Shown here: piece after piece, positions 36,275 to 47,512 of the stretch
Layout: every line of letters starts with the position of its first letter
How positions within the stretch are numbered: position 1 is the first letter of the stretch
Assembly: GCF_003334355.1 (NCBI RefSeq)
Contig: NZ_QOWP01000003.1
Strand: one strand, 5' to 3'
DNA from: Escherichia coli
GTDB taxonomy: Bacteria; Pseudomonadota; Gammaproteobacteria; Enterobacterales; Enterobacteriaceae
Length of the DNA: 64,000 bases
The notes under the pieces: generated by a model
What the model saw: only the letters and a program-made list of their open reading frames with translations
The model's database searches: none
What the model was told of the DNA's origin: nothing
Program-made: the position numbers and the translations under genes

Positions 36275-37468
36275 TTACATCACCGCAGCAAACGCCTTTG
36301 CCACACGTTGTACATTTGCCGTATTTAACCCGGCGACACACATGCGACCGCTGGCGATGAGATAGACACCAAATTCTTCACGTAGTCGGTCAACCTGAGC
36401 GGCACTTAAACCGGTATAACTGAACATGCCGCGCTGATTAAGCAGATAATCGAAATTGCGTTCTGGCATCTCTGTGCTTAATACCTTCACCAATTCCTGA
36501 CGCATTGTCAGAATGCGAGTACGCATCTCTTCTACTTCCGCCAGCCAGCTGGCTTTCAATGCCTCGTCATTCAGCACTGCAGCCACCACCTGCGCACCAA
36601 AATTCGGCGGGCTGGAGTAGTTGCGGCGAACTGTTGCTTTCAATTGCCCCAGTACGCGGCCAGCGGCTTCGGCATCTTCACACATAACAGAAAGTCCGCC
36701 GACGCGCTCGCCGTAAAGGGAGAAAATTTTCGAGAACGAATTGCTCACCAGAGCGGGTAATCCAGCGCTGGCAATGGCGCGAATAGCGTAGGCATCCTCT
36801 TCCATACCGGCACCAAATCCTTGATAGGCAATATCGAGGAATGGAATAAGCTCGCGGGCTTTGAGAATTTCAATCACCGCATCCCACTGATCATTAGTGA
36901 GATCGGCACCCGTTGGGTTGTGGCAACATGGATGCAGCAACACAATACTGCGGGCAGGTAATGTTTTCAGCGTCGCCAACAGGTCATTAAAGCGCACGCC
37001 GTTAGTCGCTTCGTCATACCAGGGGTAAGTACTCACTTCGAATCCAGCCCCGGCGAATATTGCTACGTGGTTTTCCCAGGTAGGATCGCTGACCCAGACG
37101 CCTGATTCCGGGAAGTAGCGTTTCAGGAAATCCGCGCCCACTTTCAATGCCCCGGAGCCGCCAAGGGTTTGAATGGTTGCTACGCGCTGTTGTTTCAGTA
37201 CCGGATGGTCCGCACCAAACAGCAGCGGCGCAATGGCATGGCGATAGCTGTTAAGCCCTTCCATCGGTAAATAAAGCGAAGCGCCATGAGGCTGCGCATT
37301 CAGGCGCGCTTCCGCCTCCGCCACGGCTTGCAGTTGTGGAATAATTCCGTCTTCGTTGTAGTACAGACCGATACTTAAATTCACTTTGTCGCTGCGAGGG
37401 TCTTCTTTAAAACGCTCCATAAGCGTAAGAATCGGGTCGCCAGCGTAGGCGTCAACTTTTTGAAACAC
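36275..37468 (-). CDS. tyrB: Aromatic-amino-acid aminotransferase, 397 aa (GTG start)
   Basis: Start at GTG 37468 gives [16 protein letters not shown]... N-terminus; PLP-lysine motif [16 protein letters not shown]. Confidence 0.93.
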   Translation of the reverse strand: MFQKVDAYAGDPILTLMERFKEDPRSDKVNLSIGLYYNEDGIIPQLQAVAEAEARLNAQPHGASLYLPMEGLNSYRHAIAPLLFGADHPVLKQQRVATIQTLGGSGALKVGADFLKRYFPESGVWVSDPTWENHVAIFAGAGFEVSTYPWYDEATNGVRFNDLLATLKTLPARSIVLLHPCCHNPTGADLTNDQWDAVIEILKARELIPFLDIAYQGFGAGMEEDAYAIRAIASAGLPALVSNSFSKIFSLYGERVGGLSVMCEDAEAAGRVLGQLKATVRRNYSSPPNFGAQVVAAVLNDEALKASWLAEVEEMRTRILTMRQELVKVLSTEMPERNFDYLLNQRGMFSYTGLSAAQVDRLREEFGVYLIASGRMCVAGLNTANVQRVAKAFAAVM

Positions 37469-37664
37469 GCGATGGTTCTCCAGGTTTACGGGCAGGTGGT
37501 TAAAACACAATAAACCGGAAGAAGGCGAAGATCGAGTGGATGTTCAGGAGCGAACGGCAATTAGCAACAGAGTGAGACTCATGACAAACGTACATCCGCC
37601 AGAGGCACGACCTTTATAAGAGCATGAAAGAACATCAACTTATTGAATTTTTAGGATTTTATTG

Positions 37665-37694
37665 GCCGGATAAGGCATTCACGCCGCATCCGGC
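37665..37694. repeat. REP element between alr and tyrB
   Basis: GCCGGATAAGGCATTCACGCCGCATCCGGC palindrome. Confidence 0.75.
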
Positions 37695-37720
37695 ACAGAC
37701 AATCAAATATTACAGAACGA

Positions 37721-38800
37721 TTAATCCACGTATTTCATCGCGACCCTTGAAGTCAGGCGCGTAATAAGTTCGTAAGCGCTTACTTTCGTCATTTCAGCGA
37801 TACGTTCTACGGGCAAACCTTCGCCCCATAAAATGACCGGATCCCCGGCTTTGTCCTGCGCCTGTGGACCTAAGTCTACGCAGATCATATCCATCGCCAC
37901 GCGCCCGACAATCGGTACTTCGCGACCGTTCACCAGCACTGGCGTACCGGACGGCGCGGCGCGCGGATAACCATCGCCATAGCCCATCGCGACTACGCCA
38001 AGACGGGTATCACGTTCGCTTACCCAGGTTCCACCATAACCAACAGGTTCTCCGGCTTTATGCTCACGCACGGCAATCAGGCTGGAGGTTAGTGACATCA
38101 CTGGCTGACAGCCAAAATCGGCACCGGTGGAGCGATCTTCCAGCGGCGAGACGCCATAAAGAATGATGCCCGGGCGCACCCAGTCAAAATGCGACTGTGG
38201 CCACAGCAGAATGCCACCCGATGCGGCAATGGAACGTTGACCAGGTTTGCCTTCGCAAAAGGTATTAAAGATAGCGAGTTGTTTCTCGGTTGCGCCACAT
38301 TTTGGTTCATCCGCGCGCGCAAAATGGCTGACGATATTCACCGGCTGACGAACGTTTTTGCACTGGGTCAGGCGATGATAAAACGCCTCAGCCTGTTCCG
38401 GCCTTACGCCCAGACGGTGCATACCGGTATCGAGTTTCATCCAGACGGTAACCGGCTCGTCCAGGCTAGCCTCTTCCAGCGCAGCCAGCTGTTCTTCGTT
38501 ATGCACGGCGGTATGAAAATGTTGCGCAGAAATCGTCGGCAGATCTCTGGCATCAAAAAAGCCTTCGAGTAACAGTACAGGTTTGGTGATTCCCCCCGCA
38601 CGCAGTCGCAGAGCTTCTTCGAGACGGGCTACGCCAAAGGCGTCAGCATCGGGGAGCGTTCGCGCGGTCTCAAGAAGACCGTGACCATAAGCGTTCGCTT
38701 TCACCACCGCAACCATTTTACTGGCAGGGGCCAGTTCACGAAGACGTTGCAGGTTGTGTCGCAGAGCGCGGCGGTTAATCACAACAGTTGCCGCTTGCAT
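37721..38800 (-). CDS. alr: Alanine racemase (biosynthetic), 359 aa
   Basis: PLP-lysine motif [10 protein letters not shown]; full length. Confidence 0.95.
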
Positions 38801-38852
38801 TTGTGTTCCTTGATAAGTGTTTGCTTTAATTACCTAATTCATAAAATAATTA

Positions 38853-40268
38853 TTATTCGTCGTCGTACTGCGGCCCCGCATAGTTGTCGAAGCGCGACCA
38901 TTGACCGTTAAAGGTCAGGCGTACCGTCCCGATTGGGCCGTTACGTTGTTTACCGATAATAATTTCCGCGATGCCTTTTAAATCACTGTTTTCGTGATAC
39001 ACCTCATCACGATAGATAAACATGATCAAGTCCGCATCCTGCTCGATAGAGCCAGATTCACGCAGGTCGGAGTTGACCGGGCGTTTGTCGGCACGTTGTT
39101 CCAGAGAACGGTTCAACTGGGACAGCGCCACCACCGGCACGTTCAGTTCTTTCGCCAGTGCTTTCAGCGAGCGAGAGATTTCTGCAATTTCCAGCGTACG
39201 GTTATCGGAAAGCGCCGGTACGCGCATCAGTTGCAGGTAGTCGATCATGATAAGCCCGATGCCGCCGTGTTCACGGGCAATACGGCGTGCGCGGGAACGC
39301 ACTTCCGTTGGCGTCAGGCCGGAGGAGTCATCGATATAGATATTGCGTTTTTCGAGCAAAATACCCATGGTGCCGGAAATGCGCGCCCAGTCTTCATCAT
39401 CGAGCTGCCCGGTACGGATTTTAGTCTGGTCAACGCGCGACAGCGACGCCAGAGAACGCATCATAATCTGTTCTGAAGGCATCTCCAGCGAGAAGATAAG
39501 TACTGGTTTATCCTGCAACATCGCCGCGTTTTCGACGAGGTTCATCGCAAATGTTGTTTTACCCATCGACGGACGCGCGGCGACGATGATCAAATCCGAC
39601 GGCTGCAAGCCAGCGGTTTTTTTGTTGAGATCGTCATAACCGGTGTTTACTCCGGTAACGCCATCGTGTGGCTGCTGAAACAACTGCTCAATACGCGCCA
39701 CGGTTGCGTCGAGCACATCGGCGATGTTCTTCGGCCCTTCGTCTTTGTTTGCACGACTTTCGGCAATTTTAAAGACGCGGGATTCAGCAAGGTCCAGCAG
39801 ATCTTCGCTGGTACGCCCCTGCGGATCAAAACCGGCTTCAGCAATCTCATTCGCAACCGAGATCATCTCACGGACAACGGCACGTTCACGCACGATGTCA
39901 GCATAAGCACTGATGTTCGCCGCACTTGGCGTATTTTTTGACAGCTCTGCCAGATAAGCAAAACCACCGACGCTATCGAGTTGCCCCTGGCGTTCCAGCG
40001 ATTCCGCAAGAGTAATTAGATCGATAGGGCTACCGCTTTCCTGCAAACGCGCCATTTCAGTAAAGATATGACGGTGTGGGCGGGTGTAAAAATCGTCTGC
40101 TACCACACGCTCGGCTACATCATCCCAGCGTTCGTTATCTAGCATTAAACCGCCCAACACCGACTGCTCCGCTTCGATCGAGTGCGGAGGCACTTTCAGC
40201 CCGGCAACTTGTGGATCGCGTTCGCGGGGTTCAGCCTGCTGTTTGTTGAAGGGTTTATTTCCTGCCAT
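38853..40268 (-). CDS. dnaB: Replicative DNA helicase DnaB, 471 aa
   Basis: Walker A GARPSMGKT, RecA-like fold; full length. Confidence 0.97.
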   Translation of the reverse strand: MAGNKPFNKQQAEPRERDPQVAGLKVPPHSIEAEQSVLGGLMLDNERWDDVAERVVADDFYTRPHRHIFTEMARLQESGSPIDLITLAESLERQGQLDSVGGFAYLAELSKNTPSAANISAYADIVRERAVVREMISVANEIAEAGFDPQGRTSEDLLDLAESRVFKIAESRANKDEGPKNIADVLDATVARIEQLFQQPHDGVTGVNTGYDDLNKKTAGLQPSDLIIVAARPSMGKTTFAMNLVENAAMLQDKPVLIFSLEMPSEQIMMRSLASLSRVDQTKIRTGQLDDEDWARISGTMGILLEKRNIYIDDSSGLTPTEVRSRARRIAREHGGIGLIMIDYLQLMRVPALSDNRTLEIAEISRSLKALAKELNVPVVALSQLNRSLEQRADKRPVNSDLRESGSIEQDADLIMFIYRDEVYHENSDLKGIAEIIIGKQRNGPIGTVRLTFNGQWSRFDNYAGPQYDDE

Positions 40269-40350
40269 AGTGAATGGAGTTACCGAGATAAAGAATGGGT
40301 CGAAACTTTACCATATGAAGCAGACCCTGACGATACGTTCTGGAGGACAC

Positions 40351-41334
40351 ATGGCAACACGAATTGAATTTCACAAGCACGGTGGCCCGGAAGTACTTCA
40401 AGCCGTAGAGTTCACTCCTGCCGATCCGGCGGAGAATGAAATCCAGGTCGAAAATAAAGCCATCGGCATCAATTTTATCGACACATATATCCGCAGCGGC
40501 CTTTACCCGCCGCCATCGCTACCCAGCGGATTAGGCACCGAAGCAGCAGGCATCGTGAGTAAAGTCGGCAGTGGTGTAAAGCATATTAAGGCAGGCGATC
40601 GTGTAGTCTATGCGCAGTCGGCGTTAGGCGCTTACAGCTCTGTGCATAACATTATTGCGGATAAAGCGGCGATTCTGCCTGCGGCAATTTCTTTTGAGCA
40701 AGCTGCGGCATCCTTCCTGAAAGGCTTAACGGTTTATTATCTGCTGCGCAAAACCTATGAAATTAAACCCGATGAGCAGTTCCTGTTCCACGCAGCAGCT
40801 GGCGGCGTTGGCTTGATTGCCTGCCAGTGGGCAAAAGCCCTGGGCGCGAAACTTATCGGCACCGTAGGAACCGCGCAAAAAGCGCAGAGCGCGCTAAAAG
40901 CGGGCGCGTGGCAGGTTATTAACTATCGTGAAGAGAATCTGGTCGAGCGGTTAAAAGAGATCACCGGCGGTAAGAAAGTGCGCGTGGTGTACGATTCCGT
41001 GGGCAGAGACACCTGGGAACGGTCGCTGGATTGCCTGCAACGCCGCGGCTTAATGGTGAGTTTTGGCAACTCATCAGGTGCGGTTACCGGTGTGAACTTA
41101 GGCATTCTCAATCAGAAAGGCTCGTTGTATGTGACACGCCCTTCCCTGCAAGGCTATATCACCACGCGGGAGGAATTAACCGAGGCCAGTAATGAACTGT
41201 TCTCTTTGATTGCCAGCGGTGTGATTAAGGTCGATGTCGCCGAGCAGCAGAAATATCCGCTGAAGGATGCGCAGCGTGCGCATGAAATTCTGGAAAGCCG
41301 GGCAACGCAAGGTTCCAGCCTGTTGATTCCATAA
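40351..41334 (+). CDS. qorA: NADPH:quinone oxidoreductase (zeta-crystallin family), 327 aa
   Basis: ATG at 40351 (MATRIEFHKHGGPEVLQ...); ORF-track start is upstream; GxGxxG NADPH motif AAAGGVG. Confidence 0.92.
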   Translation: MATRIEFHKHGGPEVLQAVEFTPADPAENEIQVENKAIGINFIDTYIRSGLYPPPSLPSGLGTEAAGIVSKVGSGVKHIKAGDRVVYAQSALGAYSSVHNIIADKAAILPAAISFEQAAASFLKGLTVYYLLRKTYEIKPDEQFLFHAAAGGVGLIACQWAKALGAKLIGTVGTAQKAQSALKAGAWQVINYREENLVERLKEITGGKKVRVVYDSVGRDTWERSLDCLQRRGLMVSFGNSSGAVTGVNLGILNQKGSLYVTRPSLQGYITTREELTEASNELFSLIASGVIKVDVAEQQKYPLKDAQRAHEILESRATQGSSLLIP

Positions 41335-41342
41335 AAGAAATA

Positions 41343-41372
41343 GGGCTTCCACCTGGGAAGCCCTTTCTTTTT
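41343..41372 (+). terminator. Rho-independent terminator of qorA (GGGCTTCC/GGAAGCCC then TTTCTTTTT)
   Basis: 8-bp stem 41343-41350/41356-41363 and T-run. Confidence 0.8.
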
Positions 41373-41499
41373 ATAGTTCGGCTGTATGTAGGGTACAGCA
41401 CGATGAATCTGTTAGAGGCGCAATAGTGACAGATTTGATTATCAATTCCTATTTTGTTCTAAGGATAAAACCTTAGGTTGTGATCATCCGCACAATCCC

Positions 41500-41742
41500 T
41501 TAGTAACGCCAGCGGTCATAACGCTGATATTTCGGCACTTTTGGTGCTTTAATCGCCTTAATAACCCACACCACCGCAATCGCCAGTAGTAACCACGGCA
41601 GCAACTTAATCATCAATGCCAGCATACCGCCGAGGAACATAATGGCCGTCGCCACAACCAGCGCGGCGATAATGCCCAGCAACGAAACGCCGGTGACCAT
41701 CAGCATGACAAAAAAGCCAATCACAAAAAGTAGTTCCAGCAT
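41500..41742 (-). CDS. pspG: Phage-shock protein G (80 aa, membrane)
   Basis: ATG at 41742 (MLELLFVIGFFVMLMV...); ORF track extends upstream through the promoter. Confidence 0.88.
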   Translation of the reverse strand: MLELLFVIGFFVMLMVTGVSLLGIIAALVVATAIMFLGGMLALMIKLLPWLLLAIAVVWVIKAIKAPKVPKYQRYDRWRY

Positions 41743-41770
41743 GATGCACTCCCAAATATGAAATCTCTTG

Positions 41771-41793
41771 CTGGCATTACAAGAATCATGCCA
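41771..41793 (-). promoter_or_regulatory. Candidate sigma-54 promoter of pspG (minus strand TGGCATGATTCTTGTAATGCCAG)
   Basis: GG-N10-GT at -24/-12 spacing about 30 nt upstream of pspG ATG; -12 element is GT rather than consensus GC. Confidence 0.45.
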
Positions 41794-41875
41794 AAAATAA
41801 TCTATTGATTTAACAGCAAAACGCCCCGCGACGGTGCGCAGGGCGTGGTGAATTTGACTATTTTTTGGTGAAAAG

Positions 41876-42913
41876 TTAACGCTTATCCGCCACCAGTTTG
41901 AGCGCGTGTTCCAGCACATTAATGTCTGCACCCGCTTTATGGGCATTTTCACTTAAATAACGCCGCCACTGCCGCGCGCCAGGAATACCCTGGAACAAGC
42001 CCAACATATGCCGGGTAATATGACCGAGATACGTCCCCTGGCTGAGTTCACGCTCAATGTACGGATACATGGCGCGCACTACCGCCACCGGATCGGCATC
42101 GATATCCGAGGAACCAAAGATCTCCCGGTCTACCGCCGCCAGAATACCCGGATTCTGATACGCCTCGCGCCCGACCATCACGCCATCCATATGTTGCAGG
42201 TGTGCTTTGGCCTCTTCCAGCGACTTGATACCACCGTTAATCGACATTGTCAGATGCGGAAAGTCACGCTTCAGTTGATACACACGCGGATAATCGAGCG
42301 GCGGGATCTCACGGTTTTCTTTCGGACTTAACCCCGAAAGCCAGGCTTTACGTGCATGGATGATGAACATCTCACACTCGCCTTTGCCGGAAACGGTGTT
42401 GATGAAATCGCAGAGAAATTCATAGCTGTCCTGGTCGTCGATGCCAATACGCGTTTTCACCGTCACCGGAATCGACACCACATCGCGCATCGCTTTCACG
42501 CAGTCGGCAACCAGCTGCGCATTACCCATCAGACACGCACCAAACATGCCGTTCTGCACCCGGTCAGACGGGCAGCCGACATTCAGGTTGATCTCATCAT
42601 ATCCACGCGCTTCTGCCAGCTTCGCACACTGTGCCAGCGCCGCCGGATCGCTACCGCCGAGTTGCAACGCTACCGGATGTTCTTCTTCACTGTACGCCAG
42701 GTAATCACCTTTACCGTGAATAATCGCCCCTGTGGTCACCATTTCGGTATACAGCAACGTATTGCGGGAAAGCAGACGCAAGAAATAGCGGCAATGTCTG
42801 TCCGTCCAGTCGAGCATTGGTGCAACGCTAAACCGACCACTCCAGTGAACGTCAGTTTTTTCAGGCATTGCGCTGGTTTGGTTGATTTTTTGCATTTCAG
42901 AATTACCGTGCAT
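41876..42913 (-). CDS. dusA: tRNA-dihydrouridine(20/20a) synthase DusA, 345 aa
   Basis: ATG at 42913 (ORF track starts at TTG 42919); FMN-binding Dus fold motifs. Confidence 0.9.
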   Translation of the reverse strand: MHGNSEMQKINQTSAMPEKTDVHWSGRFSVAPMLDWTDRHCRYFLRLLSRNTLLYTEMVTTGAIIHGKGDYLAYSEEEHPVALQLGGSDPAALAQCAKLAEARGYDEINLNVGCPSDRVQNGMFGACLMGNAQLVADCVKAMRDVVSIPVTVKTRIGIDDQDSYEFLCDFINTVSGKGECEMFIIHARKAWLSGLSPKENREIPPLDYPRVYQLKRDFPHLTMSINGGIKSLEEAKAHLQHMDGVMVGREAYQNPGILAAVDREIFGSSDIDADPVAVVRAMYPYIERELSQGTYLGHITRHMLGLFQGIPGARQWRRYLSENAHKAGADINVLEHALKLVADKR

Positions 42914-43205
42914 TTTCAAATGTAGAGATTATTTTATCGATATATCATGGGGTTATGTTATTCAGCATCACTGTTCAGGAGGCTCAATAACGGGGTACTA
43001 TACCATAACAACAGGAAGCGCCTGTCTCATTGCAAAAGAAAATTGAGATCCTCTCAAGGCATGAAGCTCTCACGAAGTGATGGAAATAATCTTATTAGCC
43101 GTTAGCTTTGTTAAGGCCAATGATAAACAATCCAGGTTCGACGATAAATAAAAATCACACATTAAACTCCGGTGATATCTCTCCCTGCTAATAGCACTGA
43201 TAGAG

Positions 43206-43238
43206 AAAAAAAGAACCCAATAAGCATTGGGTTCTTTT
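43206..43238 (-). terminator. Terminator hairpin after yjbM (AGAACCCAAT/ATTGGGTTCT), A/T runs on both sides, possibly bidirectional
   Basis: 10-bp perfect stem with 4-nt loop; U-run on minus strand follows the yjbM stop. Confidence 0.75.
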
Positions 43239-43275
43239 ATGTAATGCCTTCCATACCATCGAAGAACTTCACATA

Positions 43276-44022
43276 TTATTTCTCCGATTTAACCCCGAAT
43301 AAATCATAAATTAATTTAGAAGTGTCTGTATATATTTTAATCTTTTCCTTTGAGTTTGGGTCAAACGACTTAGCAAAGTCAATTAATTTCGGTGCAGCAT
43401 CTCGCATTTTGCTTAAAATATCAGGGGCGAGCTTTCCTTCATTCACCAGATGTGACATCTTATCCAGATAGCCATCAAAATTCATTTCTCCCCCATCTGC
43501 CAGACGCTTCATCTCTCCCAGGTACTTCTTCATATCACGTTGAGATAACTCTTCAAACTGAGCTGTCAGATAGTTCTCATTATCATCATTAATATTCACT
43601 TTTTCTGCTCCTGCTAAATCTGTGTAGGCACTAGAGTATGAAAGTGAAATCAACAGCGAAGCGAATAATTTTAAGCTGTTGTCATCATATTCCTGACATG
43701 CATTAACAAACGTTAAAAAACCAGAACCTATTGCTTGCAAATGTATATTCGCTAAAGGTTCATTATCTTTAGATTCCTCATAAAAAAGCTGAACCGTGGA
43801 GGGAAGGCCATTCTTGGTTTCTACATCAAAAGTATATCGTTCTATGGGCGTTGCATCTTTATTATCCTCAGGATTACATATACTATTAATCGCAAAATGA
43901 AAAATAGCCCGATCAACAACTGATGCAATAAATTCACGATCGTTTAATTCCTCATCAGTGCAATCTCCAATATACTTATTAACCCACTCTTTGAGATTAG
44001 TTATTTGCTCAATTAAAAACAC
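43276..44022 (-). CDS. yjbM: Uncharacterised protein (248 aa from GTG start; true start uncertain), low-GC islet
   Basis: ORF only; no recognised domain; start overlaps 3' end of yjbL by 10 nt. Confidence 0.7.
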   Translation of the reverse strand: MFLIEQITNLKEWVNKYIGDCTDEELNDREFIASVVDRAIFHFAINSICNPEDNKDATPIERYTFDVETKNGLPSTVQLFYEESKDNEPLANIHLQAIGSGFLTFVNACQEYDDNSLKLFASLLISLSYSSAYTDLAGAEKVNINDDNENYLTAQFEELSQRDMKKYLGEMKRLADGGEMNFDGYLDKMSHLVNEGKLAPDILSKMRDAAPKLIDFAKSFDPNSKEKIKIYTDTSKLIYDLFGVKSEK

Positions 44023-44297
44023 ATTTTTTTACGTGCATGCCATAAATTATGAGTGATTCTTTGAATAAACAAATCTATTTTTGCAATAATTATATCCCGA
44101 TGACGCAGCGCTGAATAATCAATAGACTTACCATATATATTATTTAATTTATCTTTGATTGTACCTCTATTATCTAATTTATCGTTGGTTGCATCTATAG
44201 TATCTAATTTATCTTTGGTTGCATCTTTATTATCGAATTGATTTGAATTGAGTGTTTTATTAAAGTATCCAGTTGCACCGGGTATTATCTTCAACAT
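44013..44297 (-). CDS. yjbL: Uncharacterised small protein (94 aa) with three tandem decapeptide repeats (DATxDKLDxx)
   Basis: ATG at 44297; three 30-bp direct repeats inside the ORF; about 30% GC. Confidence 0.7.
   Translation of the reverse strand: MLKIIPGATGYFNKTLNSNQFDNKDATKDKLDTIDATNDKLDNRGTIKDKLNNIYGKSIDYSALRHRDIIIAKIDLFIQRITHNLWHARKKMCF
44136..44225. repeat. 3 x 30-bp in-frame tandem repeat within yjbL
   Basis: Units 44136-44165, 44166-44195, 44196-44225 (consensus TCTATTATCTAATTTATCnTTGGTTGCATC). Confidence 0.8.
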
Positions 44298-44615
44298 GAT
44301 TCATCTACCTTTTTTGTCGTACCGTGTCCTCCTTATAAGTGTTTTGCCATCTGGTAACTATCAAAAATCGCTCATAATTTTCTGAACTACAGGTATGCGA
44401 ACAACCCCAGTTAAATAAATAGCGAGTTAACTTGAAGCAATTTATTTAAAAATGAATTATTAATTATTATCGTGTTGATAATGGTACGACCAGGCAACAC
44501 AACACCTTACGTACAAAACAGAAAAGCAACATTACGGCAACAATAAGGGTTCTCGGTGTTTTTCCTGGAACATGGTAAAGTAAGGACATTCTTAACCCCC
44601 ACTTTGAGGTGCCCG

Positions 44616-45131
44616 ATGGAAAAGACCACAACGCAGGAGTTATTAGCGCAGGCTGAAAAAATCTGCGCGCAGCGTAATGTGCGCCTGACCCCACAGCGCC
44701 TGGAAGTGTTGCGCCTGATGAGTCTGCAGGATGGCGCTATCAGCGCTTATGATCTGCTTGATTTGCTGCGCGAAGCTGAACCGCAAGCCAAGCCGCCAAC
44801 GGTTTATCGCGCGCTGGATTTTCTGCTTGAGCAAGGTTTTGTGCATAAGGTGGAATCCACCAACAGTTATGTGCTCTGCCATCTGTTCGACCAGCCCACC
44901 CATACGTCAGCTATGTTTATTTGCGATCGCTGCGGCGCGGTGAAAGAAGAATGTGCAGAAGGCGTGGAAGACATCATGCATACGCTGGCGGCAAAAATGG
45001 GGTTTGCCCTGCGGCATAATGTGATTGAAGCACATGGGCTCTGTGCGGCATGCGTGGAAGTGGAAGCGTGTCGTCATCCTGAACAGTGCCAGCATGATCA
45101 CTCTGTGCAGGTGAAAAAGAAACCGCGTTAA
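44616..45131 (+). CDS. zur: Zinc uptake regulator (Fur family), 171 aa
   Basis: ATG at 44616 (MEKTTTQELLAQAEK...); CxxC metal sites; ORF-track start is upstream. Confidence 0.93.
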   Translation: MEKTTTQELLAQAEKICAQRNVRLTPQRLEVLRLMSLQDGAISAYDLLDLLREAEPQAKPPTVYRALDFLLEQGFVHKVESTNSYVLCHLFDQPTHTSAMFICDRCGAVKEECAEGVEDIMHTLAAKMGFALRHNVIEAHGLCAACVEVEACRHPEQCQHDHSVQVKKKPR

Positions 45132-45172
45132 GAGGGCGTACATCCTTGTACACGTCGGGCAGGAGGGATTAA

Positions 45173-45382
45173 TTACCAGCGATATTCATTGCGGGTTTCC
45201 CAATCCACGACCTCTTTTTCTGCCTGATCTTTCTGATAACCATAACGTTCCTGGATTTTACCGACCAGTTGATCACGTTTACCTTCAATGATCGTCATAT
45301 CATCATCGGTCAGTTTGCCCCATTGCTCTTTCACTTTACCTTTAAACTGTTTCCAGTTACCGCCGGCTTCATCTTTATTCAT
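45173..45382 (-). CDS. yjbJ: CsbD-like stress-response protein (UPF0337), 69 aa
   Basis: ATG at 45382 (MNKDEAGGNWKQFKGKVKEQWGKLTDDD...). Confidence 0.85.
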   Translation of the reverse strand: MNKDEAGGNWKQFKGKVKEQWGKLTDDDMTIIEGKRDQLVGKIQERYGYQKDQAEKEVVDWETRNEYRW

Positions 45383-45497
45383 AATCAAGACCTCATCGTT
45401 AGGTTGTGAATGAGAGTACGTTCACTTTTCTTCTGAACGTGAGATTAAGTGTAGTCAGCAATTTGGCTTAGGATAATTTATTCAGAATTTTTAACCG

Positions 45498-46877
45498 TCA
45501 CGTTGCGGCAAACCAGGTACCGTTACGCCAGTGACGCCGCCAGATAGCCGCCAGAGAAAGCCCGCGCAACGCCAGAAAGACGGTTAATGCCAGCCACAAA
45601 CCATGATTACCCAGCCACGGCAGCGTAAGGAGCGTCAGCGCAAAACCTGCGGCGGCCACCGCCATACTGTTACGCATTTCGGCGGCACGCGTTGCGCCTA
45701 TAAACATGCCGTCCAGCAGATAACACCAGACGCCAACCAACGGCAAAATCACCTGCCAGATAAGATAGCGGTCAGCCAGCTGCTGAATCTGGGTTAACGA
45801 CGTCAGCAACGCAATGATGTGTTCCCCTGCCAGCAAATAAACCACCGAAAACAGTAACGCTACAATCCCCGACTGGCGGCACGCTGCCCGCCATACATCC
45901 AGCAACTGGCTACCGTCGCGCGCACCGTATGCCTGACCGGAGTGCGCTTCAACCGCGTAGGCAAAACCATCAAGCGCATAGGCGGTAAAGGTGAGTAGCG
46001 TCATCAGAACCGCGTTAACAGCGATAATGTCACTCCCCAGTCGCGCACCAAGTACGGTGATCGCGCCGAAACAGAGTTGCAACAACAGCGAACGCAGCAT
46101 GATATCGCGGTTAAGCGCCAGCAAGCGACGGAAGTTTCCTCGCCAGGCAGTTTTCAGCATTTCGCCGGAAATTCCGCGTAGTTTGAGGATTTTACGCACC
46201 ATTAGCAGACCAATCAGCAATGTTGCATATTCCGCAATAACCGTCGCCAGCGCCGCGCCCTGCATGTTCATATGCAGCCCCATCACTAGCCAGACATCCA
46301 GCACAATGTTGAGGATATTGCCGACCACTAACAAAATTACTGGCGCACGGGCATATTGCACGCCGAGTAACCAACCGAGTAATACCAGATTCGCCAGCGA
46401 CGCCGGTGCGCTTAACCAGCGGATTTCAAGAAAGCGCCGCGCCTGTTCCAGGACTGCTTCACTACCGCCAACAATATGCAGAGCCAGATCGATAATCGGT
46501 GTACGCAGCAGCGCAATTAACGCCCCAGCCCCCAACGCCAACAGCAACGGTTGCACCAGCGCACGGGCTAATGCCTGAGGATTTTTGGCACCATAAGCCT
46601 GCGCAGTCAGCCCGGTGGTGCTCATGCGTAAAAACAGCAACAGCATAAAGAGAAAGCTGGTCGCCGTTGCACCAACCGCCACGCCGCCCAAATAAACCGG
46701 GCTATCAAGATGACCAATTACCGCCGTATCGACCAGTCCCAGCAACGGAACGGTGATATTGGAGAAAATCATGGGTAAGGCGAGATGCCAGAGTGCTTTA
46801 TCAGATGAAGTGAGGAATGCCATGCAGACAAGCCTGATGAAGAGAGATGAAAAACAAACCGCGACGCCTGGCGGCAT
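45498..46877 (-). CDS. dinF: SOS-inducible MATE-family efflux protein DinF, 459 aa
   Basis: 12-TM ORF immediately downstream of lexA (18-nt gap), as in the lexA-dinF operon. Confidence 0.9.
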   Translation of the reverse strand: MPPGVAVCFSSLFIRLVCMAFLTSSDKALWHLALPMIFSNITVPLLGLVDTAVIGHLDSPVYLGGVAVGATATSFLFMLLLFLRMSTTGLTAQAYGAKNPQALARALVQPLLLALGAGALIALLRTPIIDLALHIVGGSEAVLEQARRFLEIRWLSAPASLANLVLLGWLLGVQYARAPVILLVVGNILNIVLDVWLVMGLHMNMQGAALATVIAEYATLLIGLLMVRKILKLRGISGEMLKTAWRGNFRRLLALNRDIMLRSLLLQLCFGAITVLGARLGSDIIAVNAVLMTLLTFTAYALDGFAYAVEAHSGQAYGARDGSQLLDVWRAACRQSGIVALLFSVVYLLAGEHIIALLTSLTQIQQLADRYLIWQVILPLVGVWCYLLDGMFIGATRAAEMRNSMAVAAAGFALTLLTLPWLGNHGLWLALTVFLALRGLSLAAIWRRHWRNGTWFAAT

Positions 46878-46895
46878 CGCGGTCTCAGAGATATG

Positions 46896-47504
46896 TTACA
46901 GCCAGTCGCCGTTGCGAATAACCCCAACCGCCAGCCCTTCAATGGTGAAGCTCTGCTGACGAAGGTCAACGACAATTGGTTTAAACTCGCTATTTTCTGG
47001 CAACAGTTCGACTTTATTGCCCTGTTTTTTCAGGCGCTTAACGGTAACTTCGTCATCAATACGTGCGACAACGACCTGACCGTTACGTACATCCTGAGTT
47101 TTATGCACTGCCAGCAAGTCACCATCCATAATTCCGATATCTTTCATCGACATCCCGCTGACGCGCAGCAGGAAATCAGCATTCGGCTTGAACAAGGAAG
47201 GATCGACCTGATAATGACCTTCAATATGCTGTTGCGCCAGAAGCGGTTCACCGGCAGCCACACGACCTACCAGCGGCAACCCTTCTTCCTCTTCCTGCAA
47301 CAGACGAATCCCGCGTGATGCGCCGGAAACAATTTCAATAACGCCTTTGCGTGCCAGCGCCTTCAGATGTTCTTCAGCCGCGTTTGGGGAACGGAACCCC
47401 AAACGCTGCGCGATTTCCGCACGCGTCGGCGGCATACCTGTCTGGCTGATGTGATCACGGATGAGATCAAACACCTCTTGTTGCCTGGCCGTTAACGCTT
47501 TCAT
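46896..47504 (-). CDS. lexA: LexA repressor, 202 aa
   Basis: Full-length match incl. cleavage site Ala-Gly (VAAGEP), Ser119 (SGMSM) and Lys156. Confidence 0.98.
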   Translation of the reverse strand: MKALTARQQEVFDLIRDHISQTGMPPTRAEIAQRLGFRSPNAAEEHLKALARKGVIEIVSGASRGIRLLQEEEEGLPLVGRVAAGEPLLAQQHIEGHYQVDPSLFKPNADFLLRVSGMSMKDIGIMDGDLLAVHKTQDVRNGQVVVARIDDEVTVKRLKKQGNKVELLPENSEFKPIVVDLRQQSFTIEGLAVGVIRNGDWL

Positions 47505-47512
47505 TCCGCCCC

